Source: the human T2T-CHM13v2.0 reference genome, Homo sapiens. Taken from it: a stretch of 64,000 nt of DNA. The position numbers were made by a program, and so were the translations under genes. Location: the NCBI RefSeq assembly GCF_009914755.1, contig NC_060938.1; one strand, written 5' to 3'. Positions 1 to 11,660 of the stretch are shown in pieces. How positions within the stretch are numbered: the first letter of the stretch is position 1; every line of letters begins with the position of its first letter. The notes under the pieces were generated by a model. It did not search any database. It was given only the letters and a program-made list of their open reading frames with translations, and had not been told where the DNA came from.

Positions 1-40
1 ACAGAGTGAGACCCTGACTCAAAAAAAAAAAAAAAAAAAA
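1..40 (+). mobile_element. Alu 3' end and poly(A) tail (cut by window edge)
   Basis: ACAGAGTGAGACCCTGACTC + A-tail. Confidence 0.85.
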
Positions 41-138
41 TGAGGAGACCTCCAAGGCGACATCCCTTGGGAAGCCTGTGGCTTAAAAAGGGCTGAATAA
101 CGACTGATATTCTCTTCCTTCTCTCTTGGCTCTCACAG

Positions 139-340
139 TCGAGGCTTTGGGCAATCCAACTCCCTCCCGACGGCTGGCTCTGTGGGCGGTGGCATGGGCA
201 GACGGAACCCGCGCCAGTACCAGATCCCCTCTCGGAACGTCCCTTCCGCCCGCCTGGGCCTCTTGGGCACCAGTGGATTCGTCAGCTCCAACCAGCGCAA
301 CACCACAGCTACCCCCACCATCATGAAACAAGGAAGACAG
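139..340 (+). CDS. SAMD4A: SAMD4A (Smaug homolog 1) internal coding exon
   Basis: Pyrimidine tract + CAG acceptor (136-138), donor CAG|GTTTGT at 340/341; reads (n)[67 protein letters not shown], recognised as Smaug1 C-terminal region; ends phase 0. Confidence 0.95.
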
Positions 341-1615
341 GTTTGTTCTGCCCCAAGGAAGGAGGAGGATGGCCAAGCTCAAGGCCCAAGGCTGCAGATG
401 TCCCCCCAGGTGACCCCAGGGTGGGGAGAGAGGCCAAAGGGGACTATGCTGGGGGCAGTTGCCACCATTCCTCAGAGGTAACAGCATTGTTCGCGTTGTT
501 CTCTAGCAGACAGAGCAACCCCATAGCTGTGTTTAGGATGCCCAGAGGACCACTTTAACCTTGGGGACCCTGCACAAGAGGACCTTTAGAAAGAAATGCA
601 AGACCTATTTCTTCTTTGCCCCATGCTTGACCTTCTGCCACCCAAATCTGGGTTCCAGGAGAGCCTGGCATTTAGAGAAGTTTCTTGCCCTTTTTATCCA
701 TGGCAAAAAGCTCCTTTGTCTCAGTCCCAGCTCTGGTGGAGCATCCACAGGACAAAGTCTGAGAGAGTGTGCCAGGGGGAGAGTTAACACATTCTCAGCC
801 TGCCCAGAGGTTCTTGCTGTGCAGTTTAGAGCTGACTTCTCTGGCCCGTCGCTCATACCCCTCTAGCCCCAGGCCCCACCCCTGCCCAGTGCCTTCCGCC
901 TGTGTGCCCAGAGCTTCTCGAAGCTCTGTGGGTAGGGATTAGGATCAGAGGGACACAAGTAGGTCTGAGATTCTGGGGTCTCAGGAGAAACTAAGGGATG
1001 ACAGATCAGCTTAAAAACAGGAAAAGGGCTTCAGGCAAGACGGGCAGGATTCACTACCCAGGGTACCAGAAAGCCCCATCTTCTGACCATTGTCCCCAGC
1101 CCCCAGATCAGTTCAAGAAGACGTCACTGCTGGGACACACAGGCTGAGTTGTGCCAGCTCATTGCCAGCTGAGAGTTTCTTTTCTCTCCCCCTCGCTTTG
1201 GAGTACATTGTAAGAATCTTAAAAAAAAAAAAAAAAAAAAAAAATCAGAGCCCTGAAATAGTTTGTGCTCTTCGTTGCATACATTTATAGAACTCCCCCA
1301 TTTCCTAGAAAAGTGGCAGGGAAAAAGCAAAAGCAACAAATGCGATAAAAAGAGTTCTGCAGATAGGGAAAGAGGTGTCCAGATGAAGCTGAGGCTTACA
1401 GCAAGGCCACCACTGAGGAGGTGAAGAGAAATTACAGTGAATGGAATCTAAACCCTCTCTCTATAAATAAGCAGATGCTAGCACTGGCCTGCAAGCCCCT
1501 TTTCTAGAAGTTAGAGTTCTCCTGGGATCTTTGCCTCCCAAATTCTTGCTGGCGGCTCTGCTCTCCACCCCAGTGGGGCTGAACTAACAAGTTCCCCTTT
1601 TGCTTTTCTCACCAG

Positions 1616-1742
1616 AACCTGTGGTTTGCCAACCCCGGGGGCAGCAATAGCATGCCAAGCCGCACCCACAGCTCAGTCCAGAGGACCCGCTCGCTGCCCG
1701 TGCACACTTCCCCACAGAACATGCTGATGTTCCAGCAGCCAG
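1616..1742 (+). CDS. SAMD4A: SAMD4A coding exon (127 nt, phase 0 to 1)
   Basis: Branch-point-like ACTAAC (1583-1588), pyrimidine tract, CAG acceptor; [42 protein letters not shown]; donor CAG|GTAGGG. Confidence 0.96.
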
Positions 1743-2057
1743 GTAGGGCCCGGCGCTTCATGTCCCCTTGACACAGAGGGGAGGCCAAAATAGATGCCCT
1801 AGCAAACCCAGCCAGAAAGTGCTTAGCCTCGACTGTCACCGTGCATTCTTTGGAGCTTATAGAAGCCTTTCCTTTTTTAAACTGTGCCTTGCCAGCATGA
1901 ATAGCGGCGGCTTGGCTGAGAGCCAGCATGTGGAGCCCCAGAGTTGGTTGCAATCGGATGGGGATATTTTTGATACTAGTCATATTTCTAGATTGATTAA
2001 ACCAGAGATAGCACAAGAGGGCTTTGGTGGTGGGGAGGTGGGAGGGCTCCATGTGTA

Positions 2058-2078
2058 GTGTGTGTGTGTGTGTGTGTG
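2058..2078. repeat. (TG)n microsatellite
   Basis: Direct reading. Confidence 0.9.
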
Positions 2079-4283
2079 GAAAGAGAAAGTGAGAGTGAGA
2101 CAGAGAAAGAGAAAACTGTTGATGCTGAGACCTTCCCCCTGGTTTGGGCTTTTCTTGCAAAGTGATGACTGTTGTACCAGCCATCTTTCCTTTACTTGGT
2201 TAAAGAGCAACTTAGCACACTTCAGATCAATTTCAGCTTTCACTATGCTTCCTAAAACAGAGTGGTTGGAATTATGCACAGCTAATGAATACTTGAACCC
2301 TTTCTCTATGCAGGCAGTGATCTTGTAGACTTTGTAGACTCCATGAGTAATAACAAGCCACACAGGCAATTACACTGCACCTATCTGGATGGACCCCCCC
2401 CCACCCCCACTGCCCCAAGGCAGGCAAACTGGAGATGTGTTGTACCTGTAGGAAAATGCCCTGGACAGTAGAAACACTCTGTCCAGTAAGTCCTATCTGT
2501 AGGAGTTTAAAGAAGAGAAGTGTTACTGTGGCCTGGAATAGGCAAGGAAGCTTCCTGGAGTTGGAGCTGAGCTTCAGGGCACAGCAGAGGGTGGAGAGAG
2601 GGAAGGCAGAGTTACAGGCAGAAGGAACCCAGGAGCAAGACTGCAAAGGTCCAGAATACCACAGCATGGCCCGGAAGCCGTGGCTGGGCCAAAGGGTCTG
2701 GCTGAGGTAGCAGAAAGTGGACCCAGGGAGCTGTAAAGGTCGTGGCCCATGGTGGGGGACTTTGAATCCAAAGCTGAGGAGCTTGGACTCTGGCCACTCT
2801 CCCTGGGGGGATTCCTCCACATGGGGGATTCCGAGTAGAAGTCAGGCAGGAGGGTGCAGGATGATGGGGTGGGGGGGTAGGCTGGAATTGGGAGGTCAGG
2901 GAGGAGGAGGACGCTGGAGGACACACTGCTGGGAACGGCATGTCAGGGAGGGGAGCGACAGCTACCCAGTGCAGAGGCCTGCTCACATTGCTTCTTGACT
3001 TCCAAAACTCTGCTCACTTTTGTTTTAAAGCTCCTTTTCTCTATATTTATGCACCAAAATATAACAATATAATTACACATATTTCTATATGCTTAGCTAT
3101 TTTTCTTCCTGGGAAGAAACATGATAAAATTTGGGGGTTCTGAAGGCTTTATCCCAGGGTCCTTTCATCCCATCCTCTGTTTTCACGCAGAATTATGTAT
3201 AATCCATTCCCAATAAAAAAGAATCTGGACAAGATTTGAAGAGGTCCTGCGCACAAGGAGATCTGTCACCTTGAATGGGTCTTTCACCCTGGCCTCAGTC
3301 TCACCAGCAGAGTGACCACTGTCTTCAATTCTGTATACCTTCTCAAGGCCTTCTTGATTTTTTCCCTTCCTGCCACTCTTTTGCCAGTTCTCAGCCTTCC
3401 TCTTTGTTCATACTGAATCTTCCCTGAGCTTTCTCCATCTTAACTGGGAAGACTAGGTCCAGACAGTCCCCTTTCTAAAAGCTGGGTTGTCCCGGAGCGC
3501 TTCGGGTTTGTTGATAGAATCTTCCACCTATACCTTTGTTTCCCCTCCACTATCTCACAGCAATGCCAAGTGGCTGGCTTGTGCTCAGGGCAACTATGAA
3601 CCTAATATCATTTTCACTCTTCATGCGAACCCTCTTGTTCCTGTGGTTAAAGAATCAAATAATACAGAAGTGCTGTGAGCAAAAAGTGACTGTCTCTCTC
3701 CCCTCCCCTTCCTAGCCCACAGGCACAACCCCTTTTAGCAGTCTGTAGTTACCTGCAAGTCTCTAAATAATATGCTTCGCACACTGGACTTAAAACTCTG
3801 GAACGCTTTGAGTGTTTTTTTTAAAATCTCTCAAGTATTACAAACCCACTTCCAGCAAGGTCTTAAAGATCCTCACATGGCATTTTTAATAACAGCCAAA
3901 GCACAGGAAAAAGCCCGCTCTAAATTTCCTGATTGCAAATAAACCATTGAACGCTGGACAGGAGCCACTCCTAAGTCCTGCCCAGCACGCTCAGCACCAT
4001 GCTGGGTGGCTCTTCCAGGACATGCATAAAGGGCATGATAGGGCAGGGCCTGGCCAGGACCCAGGATCCCTCACTGAAGGGGAAGGAGGCTGCAGAAGGC
4101 CCCTGCTTAAGGGCACAGGGTTGAGGTTCCTCAGCCCTTGCCAATCATTGTCAAGGCCACAGGTCACTGTAGTGACTTTTCCTTCCTCCCAAGGAGGCAG
4201 CCTCCTACCCAGGGACGACACCTCTGACCTCCAAGCAGGTCCAGACGAAGGCTCATCCTAGAGTCATAGAGTCAGGGTCCTCA

Positions 4284-4334
4284 TCCTGGATTCAGAGCCG
4301 CTTCTGCTCTTCCTGGATTCAGAGCCTCTTCTGC
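4284..4334. repeat. Two-copy 27-bp-period tandem duplication
   Basis: TCCTGGATTCAGAGCC(G/T)CTTCTGC at 4284-4307 and 4311-4334. Confidence 0.85.
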
Positions 4335-4878
4335 AGATGGGCCTTTCCACACAAAGCAGTGCAATCTGGTTCGCTATGGAGACTTCCCGGGGCTTGTGGC
4401 CAGGCGTTAAAACTAGACTACAAATATCATGTCAGGACAGCAAAAATCAGGAAGTCAGAAAGTGGCTTTCATCTGTACATGAACAGGAGTAATAGTGAAC
4501 ACAAAATGAAATTGAGATGTGTAACTAACCCAAAAGTAGATACTCGGAAAACTGTTATCATACAATGCAGTGTTTTCCTCCTGGCTGTTAGATGTCTTCA
4601 GAGAATCCATTGTAAACTGGGCAAATCTTGAAGACTACAATGCATTTGAAGGATGCTTTCATTCTGTAAACCTAAAATAACTCTACTGATGGGAGACTTT
4701 AAACGTCTCATACAGAGAAGACAGAGGGCTAGAACCCACCAAGTTGCGGATCAATTCATCAGTCACCTTGCTCGGGTTTACAGGACTCATCCCTCGTTCC
4801 TGGTTCTACACAATTCACGGGCACTTGGAGGCCCCTCAGGAGTGGTGTTTCATGTTATTCCCACATGGACAAGCTTTA

Positions 4879-4966
4879 TTTTTTTTTTTTTTCGAGACGG
4901 AGTCTCACTCTGTCACCCAGGCTGGAGTACAGTGGCGCAATCTCAGCTCACTGCAACCTCCACCTT
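4879..4966 (-). mobile_element. Heavily 5'-truncated Alu with 17-bp TSD
   Basis: T-tract + GAGACGGAGTCTCACTCTGTCACCCAGGCTGG...; flanks CACATGGACAAG(C/T)TTTA at 4862-4878 and 4967-4983. Confidence 0.9.
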
Positions 4967-7900
4967 CACATGGACAAGTTTTAGCTGTTTCCTGGGACCA
5001 GCCAGGAGACCCTTCAGGTGGCTATTGCCAGTGATGAGTAAGAAACACTACGAGGTGTAATACGCTCACCAGAAAACAAGTGTGGCGCCTGTGCGAATGG
5101 TCACGTTCCTCATGGAGGCAGGGCGTTTTCTCAACTAGATAACTGGTTTGGAAATTGCTTGGAGAGGGATCCTTTATTTTGGAAGCAACTAATTTCTACT
5201 GACCCAGGCTTAGTTGTCCTTGGGATCCAGTCAGAGAGGATCTTGGAGTGGCCCTGGCTCAACAGTAGGAGATCATGGAGGTTCTTTACCCCCTGGAGGG
5301 CCTAACAGAAAAGGGCAGGGAACCCCATAGCAGGCTTCAAAGGAAAACCTTCAGAAGGGTAGGCTGCACAGCCTTCTGAAAATCTCATTCTTCCCTTGCC
5401 CAAAGCCACATGCAAACTACCCTTGGTTGTGAACCAGCTGGATGTGAGCTGGGTCCAGTGGCACCTCACATGGCAGCATTTCATGGTGTGACTTACCTGA
5501 TCACCACAGCAAACCTCCTCTAAGTACCAGCTCACAATTGGGATTCTTCTGCCATAAGCACGCTGCATATATCTGGGAGCACAGGGCTCCAGGCTGTTAT
5601 TTTTCATTTCCTTCCGGAGAACTGCCTTTAGAAAGAATAGAGAGTTATTGGTGCACTGGGTCCAGTGGGGTGTGGAAGGGGCTGCCATGCAGAGGCAGAA
5701 ACCAGAACAGGGACCCAAGTACAGTACTGGATAAATATTTCCTCCATGTCTTCTAATAAATCAAGGCAGACATCCCTGTTCAGGACTGGCAGACAATGGG
5801 TAGGGAGATTGATAAATAAATCAATTCTGTCATAGCCAAGAACCCAGCTGGGCCCACAGCCTCCTGCCTCTGAGCATCAACTTGGGGCAAGATGGTACAA
5901 TATCATCTTATACCATGTTGTACCCATCACTTTTTGTGAAAGCGTTGGTCCCAGAGGACCTCCACAGGCACTGACCTTCTGCAGGCTTAGGAATGTTAGG
6001 AGGCCACCAGAGAAAAGGTGCGTTCCCATGGTCAACTCAGGGATGCTATTCATTACTCCTGCCACCCTCCATGGCCATCTCTGCCATCCTCAGCTTGCCT
6101 GCTGCCCCACCCCTCTGTTTCCCTGCCTGTGCCGTTTCTTTCCCTTTTGTTACCATCCTCCCCCTTTCTTCTTAGTTCTCTTGTCTTCCTTTCTTCTTTA
6201 CTCATCTCATCACAGCAGACCAGGTCCCACTGCTCTGTCCCTTTTTGTCTTCCCTGCTTTCTCTCCTCCTAGCAACCCTGCTGCTCAGTGAACCAGACTC
6301 CACACCTTTCTAGTTATCCAACAGAGTTGCCTCCGCTGTCATTGGCAAAATGGGATTCTATAGATTTTTCCTGGAATGCCCCAGCCTGTTTCTTATTCTA
6401 AAGTCCTAAAGAAATTGGCTCCTTACCCTCAGTGCCTTGGAGAAAAAGCACTGCAGAATTGCACCGTGGGTGCCACACATGTGAGACCCAGCAGGGATGG
6501 ACGGTTACTGCCAAGGACAAGCCCTTTGGGCTCCTCAGGTGGATGCTGCAGCAGCACCTCATTAGGGATGGGTAGCATTCTCTTCCGGAATCTTCTTGAC
6601 CCTGGGCCTGAGCACAGGACTACTCCATACGTGTGGGACTTCTGAAAAGATACAATTAATGTCTCAAGTCAGCCTAGACCTTGGGGATTCCAAAACTAGC
6701 GATCCTTACTGAATACTGGAATACTGGTCCTCAGAGATGCCATCTGAGCTGAAGAAACATGCCTCCTTTGGGAAAGAGCAGAGGAGGCTCAGTTAAAGAG
6801 GGGTCTTTCCTTTTGCCTTCCTGAAGACTCACATCTCCATCTGCCTGGTCTGTGGCCACGAGGGGCAGGGGCCTGGGATAAATGAGATGGGCCCTCAGGG
6901 TTAACAGGAGCCACAGCAAGGGTTGGCCTGGTGGTTTATGTTGGTCTGTGGGGCAAGAGCTGCCCGAATGCCCCTCTGGGGCACCTAGCCCCATACAGCT
7001 GAGGGTTCCTAGCCTGAGATGGAAGCTGTTTTCCACCCAACTGGTCTTTCTGTCTTATACGTGCGGCGAGATGGCATGGATCTGTTTTTATCAAATACAC
7101 AATTAAAAAGTCACACTATTAGGAAACTCTGCAGTGTGAACATATGGGCTTCTCCCAAGACTTAGAATTTTTCAGAGCCACTCAGAGTGTTGGGGGTCAC
7201 GGCTCCCCAGTGCATGGAAGCAAAGAGCTGGGGAGAAGAAGCGAACACCCCCACTTCCCACCTAAAAGAGCAGCCACGAAGGTTTGGGGATTCTGGAGCG
7301 GAGAGCCCTGCGTTTCTCAGCCCCCTTTTTGGAACACGCAATCCCAGGCTTGGAAAATGGCATTTTGCTGCGTGTTGGCAAGAAATCCTGCAGCTGAAAC
7401 ACTTCTCTCCAAATGTCGAGCATCTTTATTTATCCAAATCTCTCCACAGTGTTTGTTTAAAGGGGAGCGCTGGAGAGTAAACTAAATCTTACAATGAGCA
7501 TATGGATGGCTATAATTGCTGAGGTTTGTTTTTTTTTTTCATATTTGCTAACTCGCTATATATAAAATTGTGTTTCTATTTTATAGATTTCACACCCTGA
7601 AGACTGCTAATTTTTGCATGCATATGATTTTCACATGAATGGATGAAAATACTAAAATCTCTTCCCCCTGGAATTGTCTAATTGCCCCGACCCTACTCTA
7701 ACAGCAGCTAGTGGGTGGGGGCGGTGGAGACTCCTGCCATTCTCTGTGGCACCCCACTTCCCTGGAAGCTCAGTCGGCCTCCGTCTGCTCACGTATTGGC
7801 ACGGTTGTCTTCCAAACCCATTGATGCCGGAACATGGGTCAGGAAGAACACAGTCAGCTCTCTGGTGCTTTCCATAGCGTTCCTTTTTGCCAGGCTTCTG

Positions 7901-8851
7901 AGATTTTTAAATAACGGAAGCAACATCTGCCTCTGAATTAGCTGACAATGGGAAACACACATTGCAGAGATTATCTTAATGTATAGCAAATCAAGGAAAA
8001 CAAAACTTTGACTTAACCATTGGTTTCAGCTTCCTATCCCACCAAGCCACCAACTTCGTTTCACTTCTCTTTCTTCTCTCTCTGGCCCCATGTGCTCCCT
8101 TGGTGGAGACATGAAGGAGCAGGCAAGTGGCCTGCAGGGGGACCCCGGGATGCTTTGCCCACTTGACAGGTAGAGGAGCTAAGGCCCTCAGCATGGAACA
8201 GGTTCCCAGGCTCACAGAGGAAGGTGGTGGCAACACGGAGACTTCTCGGTCACCTGGAACACACCCCGCTGTGGACACCCCCTCTGGGACTTTTTTTCTG
8301 CCTCTCCCCTTAGGATTTTGCAATTCTTTTCAAACCAGTGTCACAAAACTTTAAAAAAAAAAACAAAAACAAAAAGGATTTCACAACTCTTAGCTGTCAG
8401 AGTTTCCTTCTACTTCTTCTACTTTCTCTTTTTCTTCGCTCAGTAGACATGTATGAGGCAGAAGGCCAGGGCTGGGCGCTGTGGGAGATTCAGAGAGATA
8501 GGGAAGCATCATCACTGTCTACAAGGCACTTCCAGGTAGTTGAGGACATTTAAAGTCGCCACTGGATGAGGCCTGCGGAGGTGCTGACAGTGAGGGCTCC
8601 AGCAGGTGAGAGGAGGTGGCTCCCAGACACTGCCTCCTGCTCACAAGAGGCGACATTGGAACCTGGGGAGATAGAGGGGTTCCAGGTGGTAGAGGGGAGA
8701 TTGTGGTGAGAATGTGCACAGCACTGTCGGTCAGTGGGAGCCGAGCCCCTACTGCCTGCAGAGTGGGTGTCTCAGCCCTTGATTCTAGAGGCCCTCGAGG
8801 CTGAGTGTGTTGACAGTTACCTGCAGTTGCTGTGGCAGGTGGCTGAGCCCC

Positions 8852-9010
8852 GGCTCTGGAGTCAGAGAGGGTCTTGTCCCAGCTTTGTGTTAGTTGGCTA
8901 ACTTTGATGAGTGACTTCACCTCTCTGAACCCCACTTGGGCTTGTTGGGCAGATTAAGGAGCCCGCACACCTAAAGCCCCCCACGTGGTCTCACACTAAG
9001 AGGTGCGTGC
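8852..9010 (+). mobile_element. MIR SINE remnant
   Basis: GGCTCTGGAGTCAGA...GTGACTTCACCTCTCTGAACC resembles the MIR core. Confidence 0.6.
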
Positions 9011-9129
9011 TGGGCCCTGGCTTTCCTCTCCCACTCTAGATGCATGCCAGGCCCTGCTCTAGGCACAGGGGGCAGAGCCATGTTCTGCTCCAATGAGGTG
9101 AGCACTCAGCGGGGTCAGGGGAGGGGGAC

Positions 9130-9505
9130 AGTAGAAAGTGAATACAAATATCAAATATGACAGCTGTGGGCGAAGGCTATGAAGAAAAATAAAGCAGGGG
9201 AAAGGGATAGTGTGGGGGCATGGCTCATACAAGGAACAAAGTCCTTTCCAAGGAGATGATAGAGCCAGAAATGTGAAGGCAGGGAGAGCCATGGAAACCA
9301 CCCCAGGGAACAGCGGTGCAAAGGCCGTGAGGTAGGAGGGGGCCTGGGGCAGAGCAGAGGAAGGAGAGAGCTGTATGAGGGTACAGAGATAACAAGGGCC
9401 TGGATCATGCGGGGCCTTATGGGCCAGGGCAGGAGGTTGGCTGTTACTTTGATGGGAGGCCGCTGGAGGGTTCTGAGCAGAGGAGGCACAGACTGTGACA
9501 TGACC
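9130..9505 (-). mobile_element. L2 LINE remnant
   Basis: AAAAATAAAGCAGGG...TGCAAAGGCCGTGAGGTAGGA...GAGGGTTCTGAGCAGAGGAG typical of antisense L2 3' region. Confidence 0.65.
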
Positions 9506-9534
9506 AGCTATTTTTAGTCTCCGTTTTGTTCCAG

Positions 9535-9642
9535 GTTCCCAAGTTCACAGTGGACTGTGTTTAACAGACCTTAGAGGTTGGTTGAGCCTGAGTGGAGCCC
9601 CTTCCATGCCAGCGCTGACAGTCCCCAAGTCCTCCCAGGGAG
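9535..9642 (+). CDS. SAMD4A: Candidate in-frame alternative cassette exon of SAMD4A (108 nt, +36 aa)
   Basis: Acceptor TCTCCGTTTTGTTCCAG|G, donor GAG|GTACAC, phase 1-1, stop-free: GSQVHSGLCLTDLRGWLSLSGAPSMPALTVPKSSQG. Confidence 0.55.
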
Positions 9643-9731
9643 GTACACCAGACCTTTCTCCTGAAGGTGGAACCAGGTGGCACCCTGCTTATCTCCTCCT
9701 TGTCACCAACATAACCCTTTATCGCCTGCAG

Positions 9732-9815
9732 AATTCCAGCTTCCCGTGACCGAACCTGACATCAACAACAGGCTGGAGTCGTTGTGCCTCAGTATGACCG
9801 AACACGCCCTGGGAG
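9732..9815 (+). CDS. SAMD4A: SAMD4A penultimate coding exon (84 nt, phase 1-1)
   Basis: CAG acceptor ending 9731, (E)[27 protein letters not shown], donor GAG|GTGAGT. Confidence 0.96.
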
Positions 9816-10721
9816 GTGAGTGTGTTCTTCCTGCATGTCCCCATGTCCCTGTTACCGTGTGCCTGGGAGAACTGGCCATCTGCTGTCTATACCGTGGCAG
9901 GAGCTCAGGAGAATTGGGGGAGGACAAGGAGGGGTAGGCAGGGGACAGGGAGAAAGAGTGGCCTTAGGGTACTGTTGGACCATTTTCCAGCGGCACCATG
10001 CCAAGTGGCCAGTGCCCTGTTTCTCCTCCTTTTCTGGGAGGTGAGTCAGGGACCTGGCAATCAAAGCTGTCCCTCTGTCCCCAGAAGCTCCACCTCCCAG
10101 TGCACATGGGAATCACACCACAGCAGTTGTCCCAGCCAAGTGCCAGGCCTGGAGGAGTCAGGGACATGAGACATGGCTTTTAGTAGGAATATCCCGCACA
10201 ACACTGGATGCTTCCCTTCTCTGCACTAGATCCCCCAGCCTGGTCCAAGCATAGCCCAGCTTGCCTTAGAAATATAATTTTTGAAAAACAGAAAACCCAG
10301 CTTGTTTGTGTATCTCCCAGTTGCAAACAACTTTCTTGACACCTGGAGCCCAAAGCAGGCTGAGGTGTCCTTTCCTGTGTGACAGGGACAGGTTGAGTTA
10401 GAGGCGCCTGCACGTCCACTGCCCAAGCCCAGAATGGGGGCTGTGCTGTGCAGGGCTGTGGCCCCACAAGCAGCTCACAGAAGCATCTGTGCTCCCCCGT
10501 GTGTTTGGCTGGAAGCCATGCTTGGTCACAGCAGCCCTGGGAGGCCTTCAGCTCCCTCCTGGTACTAAGCGGGCACCTTTCTCTGGGCCTGGATATTTAT
10601 GATGCTTGGCAGGCAGAGGAGAGAAGAGATGTCTGCCATTTCCTGCCAGCTTCCTGGGAGGCTCTGTGCCACAGAGACACAGAGAGGCCTCCTGTGAGCC
10701 TTTCCAATAGCCCTATCCAGT

Positions 10722-10757
10722 CTACACTTGCTCTTAGCCAAAAGGCCGAGAAGCGAT
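10722..10757 (-). pseudogene. 3'-truncated U2 snRNA retropseudogene (U2 nt 1-36) with target-site duplication
   Basis: Minus strand reads ATCGCTTCTCGGCCTTTTGGCTAAGAGCAAGTGTAG, 35/36 match to the U2 5' end; flanked by direct repeat ATAGCCCTATCCAGTCTA (10707-10724, 10756-10773). Confidence 0.92.
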
Positions 10758-10824
10758 AGCCCTATCCAGTCTAGACACACTTACCCACCCAGAGAAGGGC
10801 TGTCTGCACACCTAGAGCCAAGAC

Positions 10825-10843
10825 GTGCGCCACCTGGCAGTGG
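10825..10843 (-). promoter_or_regulatory. Candidate CTCF motif in last SAMD4A intron
   Basis: Minus strand CCACTGCCAGGTGGCGCAC. Confidence 0.45.
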
Positions 10844-11269
10844 TGGGGAAAAGACTGCCATCCTCTGCTGCTTCAGAGAGCCTTGTCCTCCAGACCTAAG
10901 GTTGTTAGATTTTTAGTCTCTGCAAACACAATCTTATCCTGAAACCAAATATGAAATAGATCAGTGCTCTGCATGGAGCAGAGTGGTGGGCCCGGGACCA
11001 CACCCACCTGACCTTAGCATCAGGGGGAGCTGAAAGCCTTCCAAGGGCATCACAGAGCTTCACCAAACAGATGGTGGGAAGACACAGCCCTTTCTGTGAC
11101 TTCCCCCAGAGCTCTATAAAGAGCCTCATTTGCGAGCCACTGCTCTCTGCCTTGGCCATTCAGATCTCAGGAACATCACTGGGCCATCCCTGGTACCTCT
11201 GGCAGGAGGTGCTGCCAGCTCATCTTTACCTCATAGAGGAGACTGGGTCAGCAGCCCCCTAATGAGAAA

Positions 11270-11660
11270 TGGGAGACAACTCAAATGTCCACCAAAGGAT
11301 GAACATGGCTCAAAAAAATGTGGTGTATCCAAACAGTGAAAGAGCATTCAGCCTTTAAAAAGCAAAGAAGTACCAACCTATGCGATGCAGTGGATGAATC
11401 TTAACATTATGCTGAGTGAAACAAGCCAGGCATAAAGGACCACAGAGCGTATGATTCCATTTATGTGAAATGTCCAGGATAGACTAATCTACTGGGACAG
11501 AAAGTAGATGAGTGGTTGCCAGTGGCTGAAGGGAGGAGGATGCAAATATTCTGGAATTAGATAGTGGTGAGGGTTGCACAGCTTTGCAAATATACTAAAA
11601 ACCACTGAATTGTATACTTTCAAAGGGTGCAATTTATGATATGCAAATATTTCAATTAAA
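11270..11660 (+). mobile_element. L1M (L1MB-like) 3' end
   Basis: CAAATGTCCA...ATTATGCTGAGTGAAA...CCACTGAATTGTATACTT...CAATTAAAA. Confidence 0.8.

Noticed and set aside
182-481. ORF 182-481 as a standalone 99-aa protein
   Set aside because: It is the SAMD4A exon frame running past the donor at 340 into the intron
10707-10773. Direct repeat with 31-bp spacer resembling a mini CRISPR unit
   Set aside because: The spacer is U2 snRNA sequence and the repeats are target-site duplications
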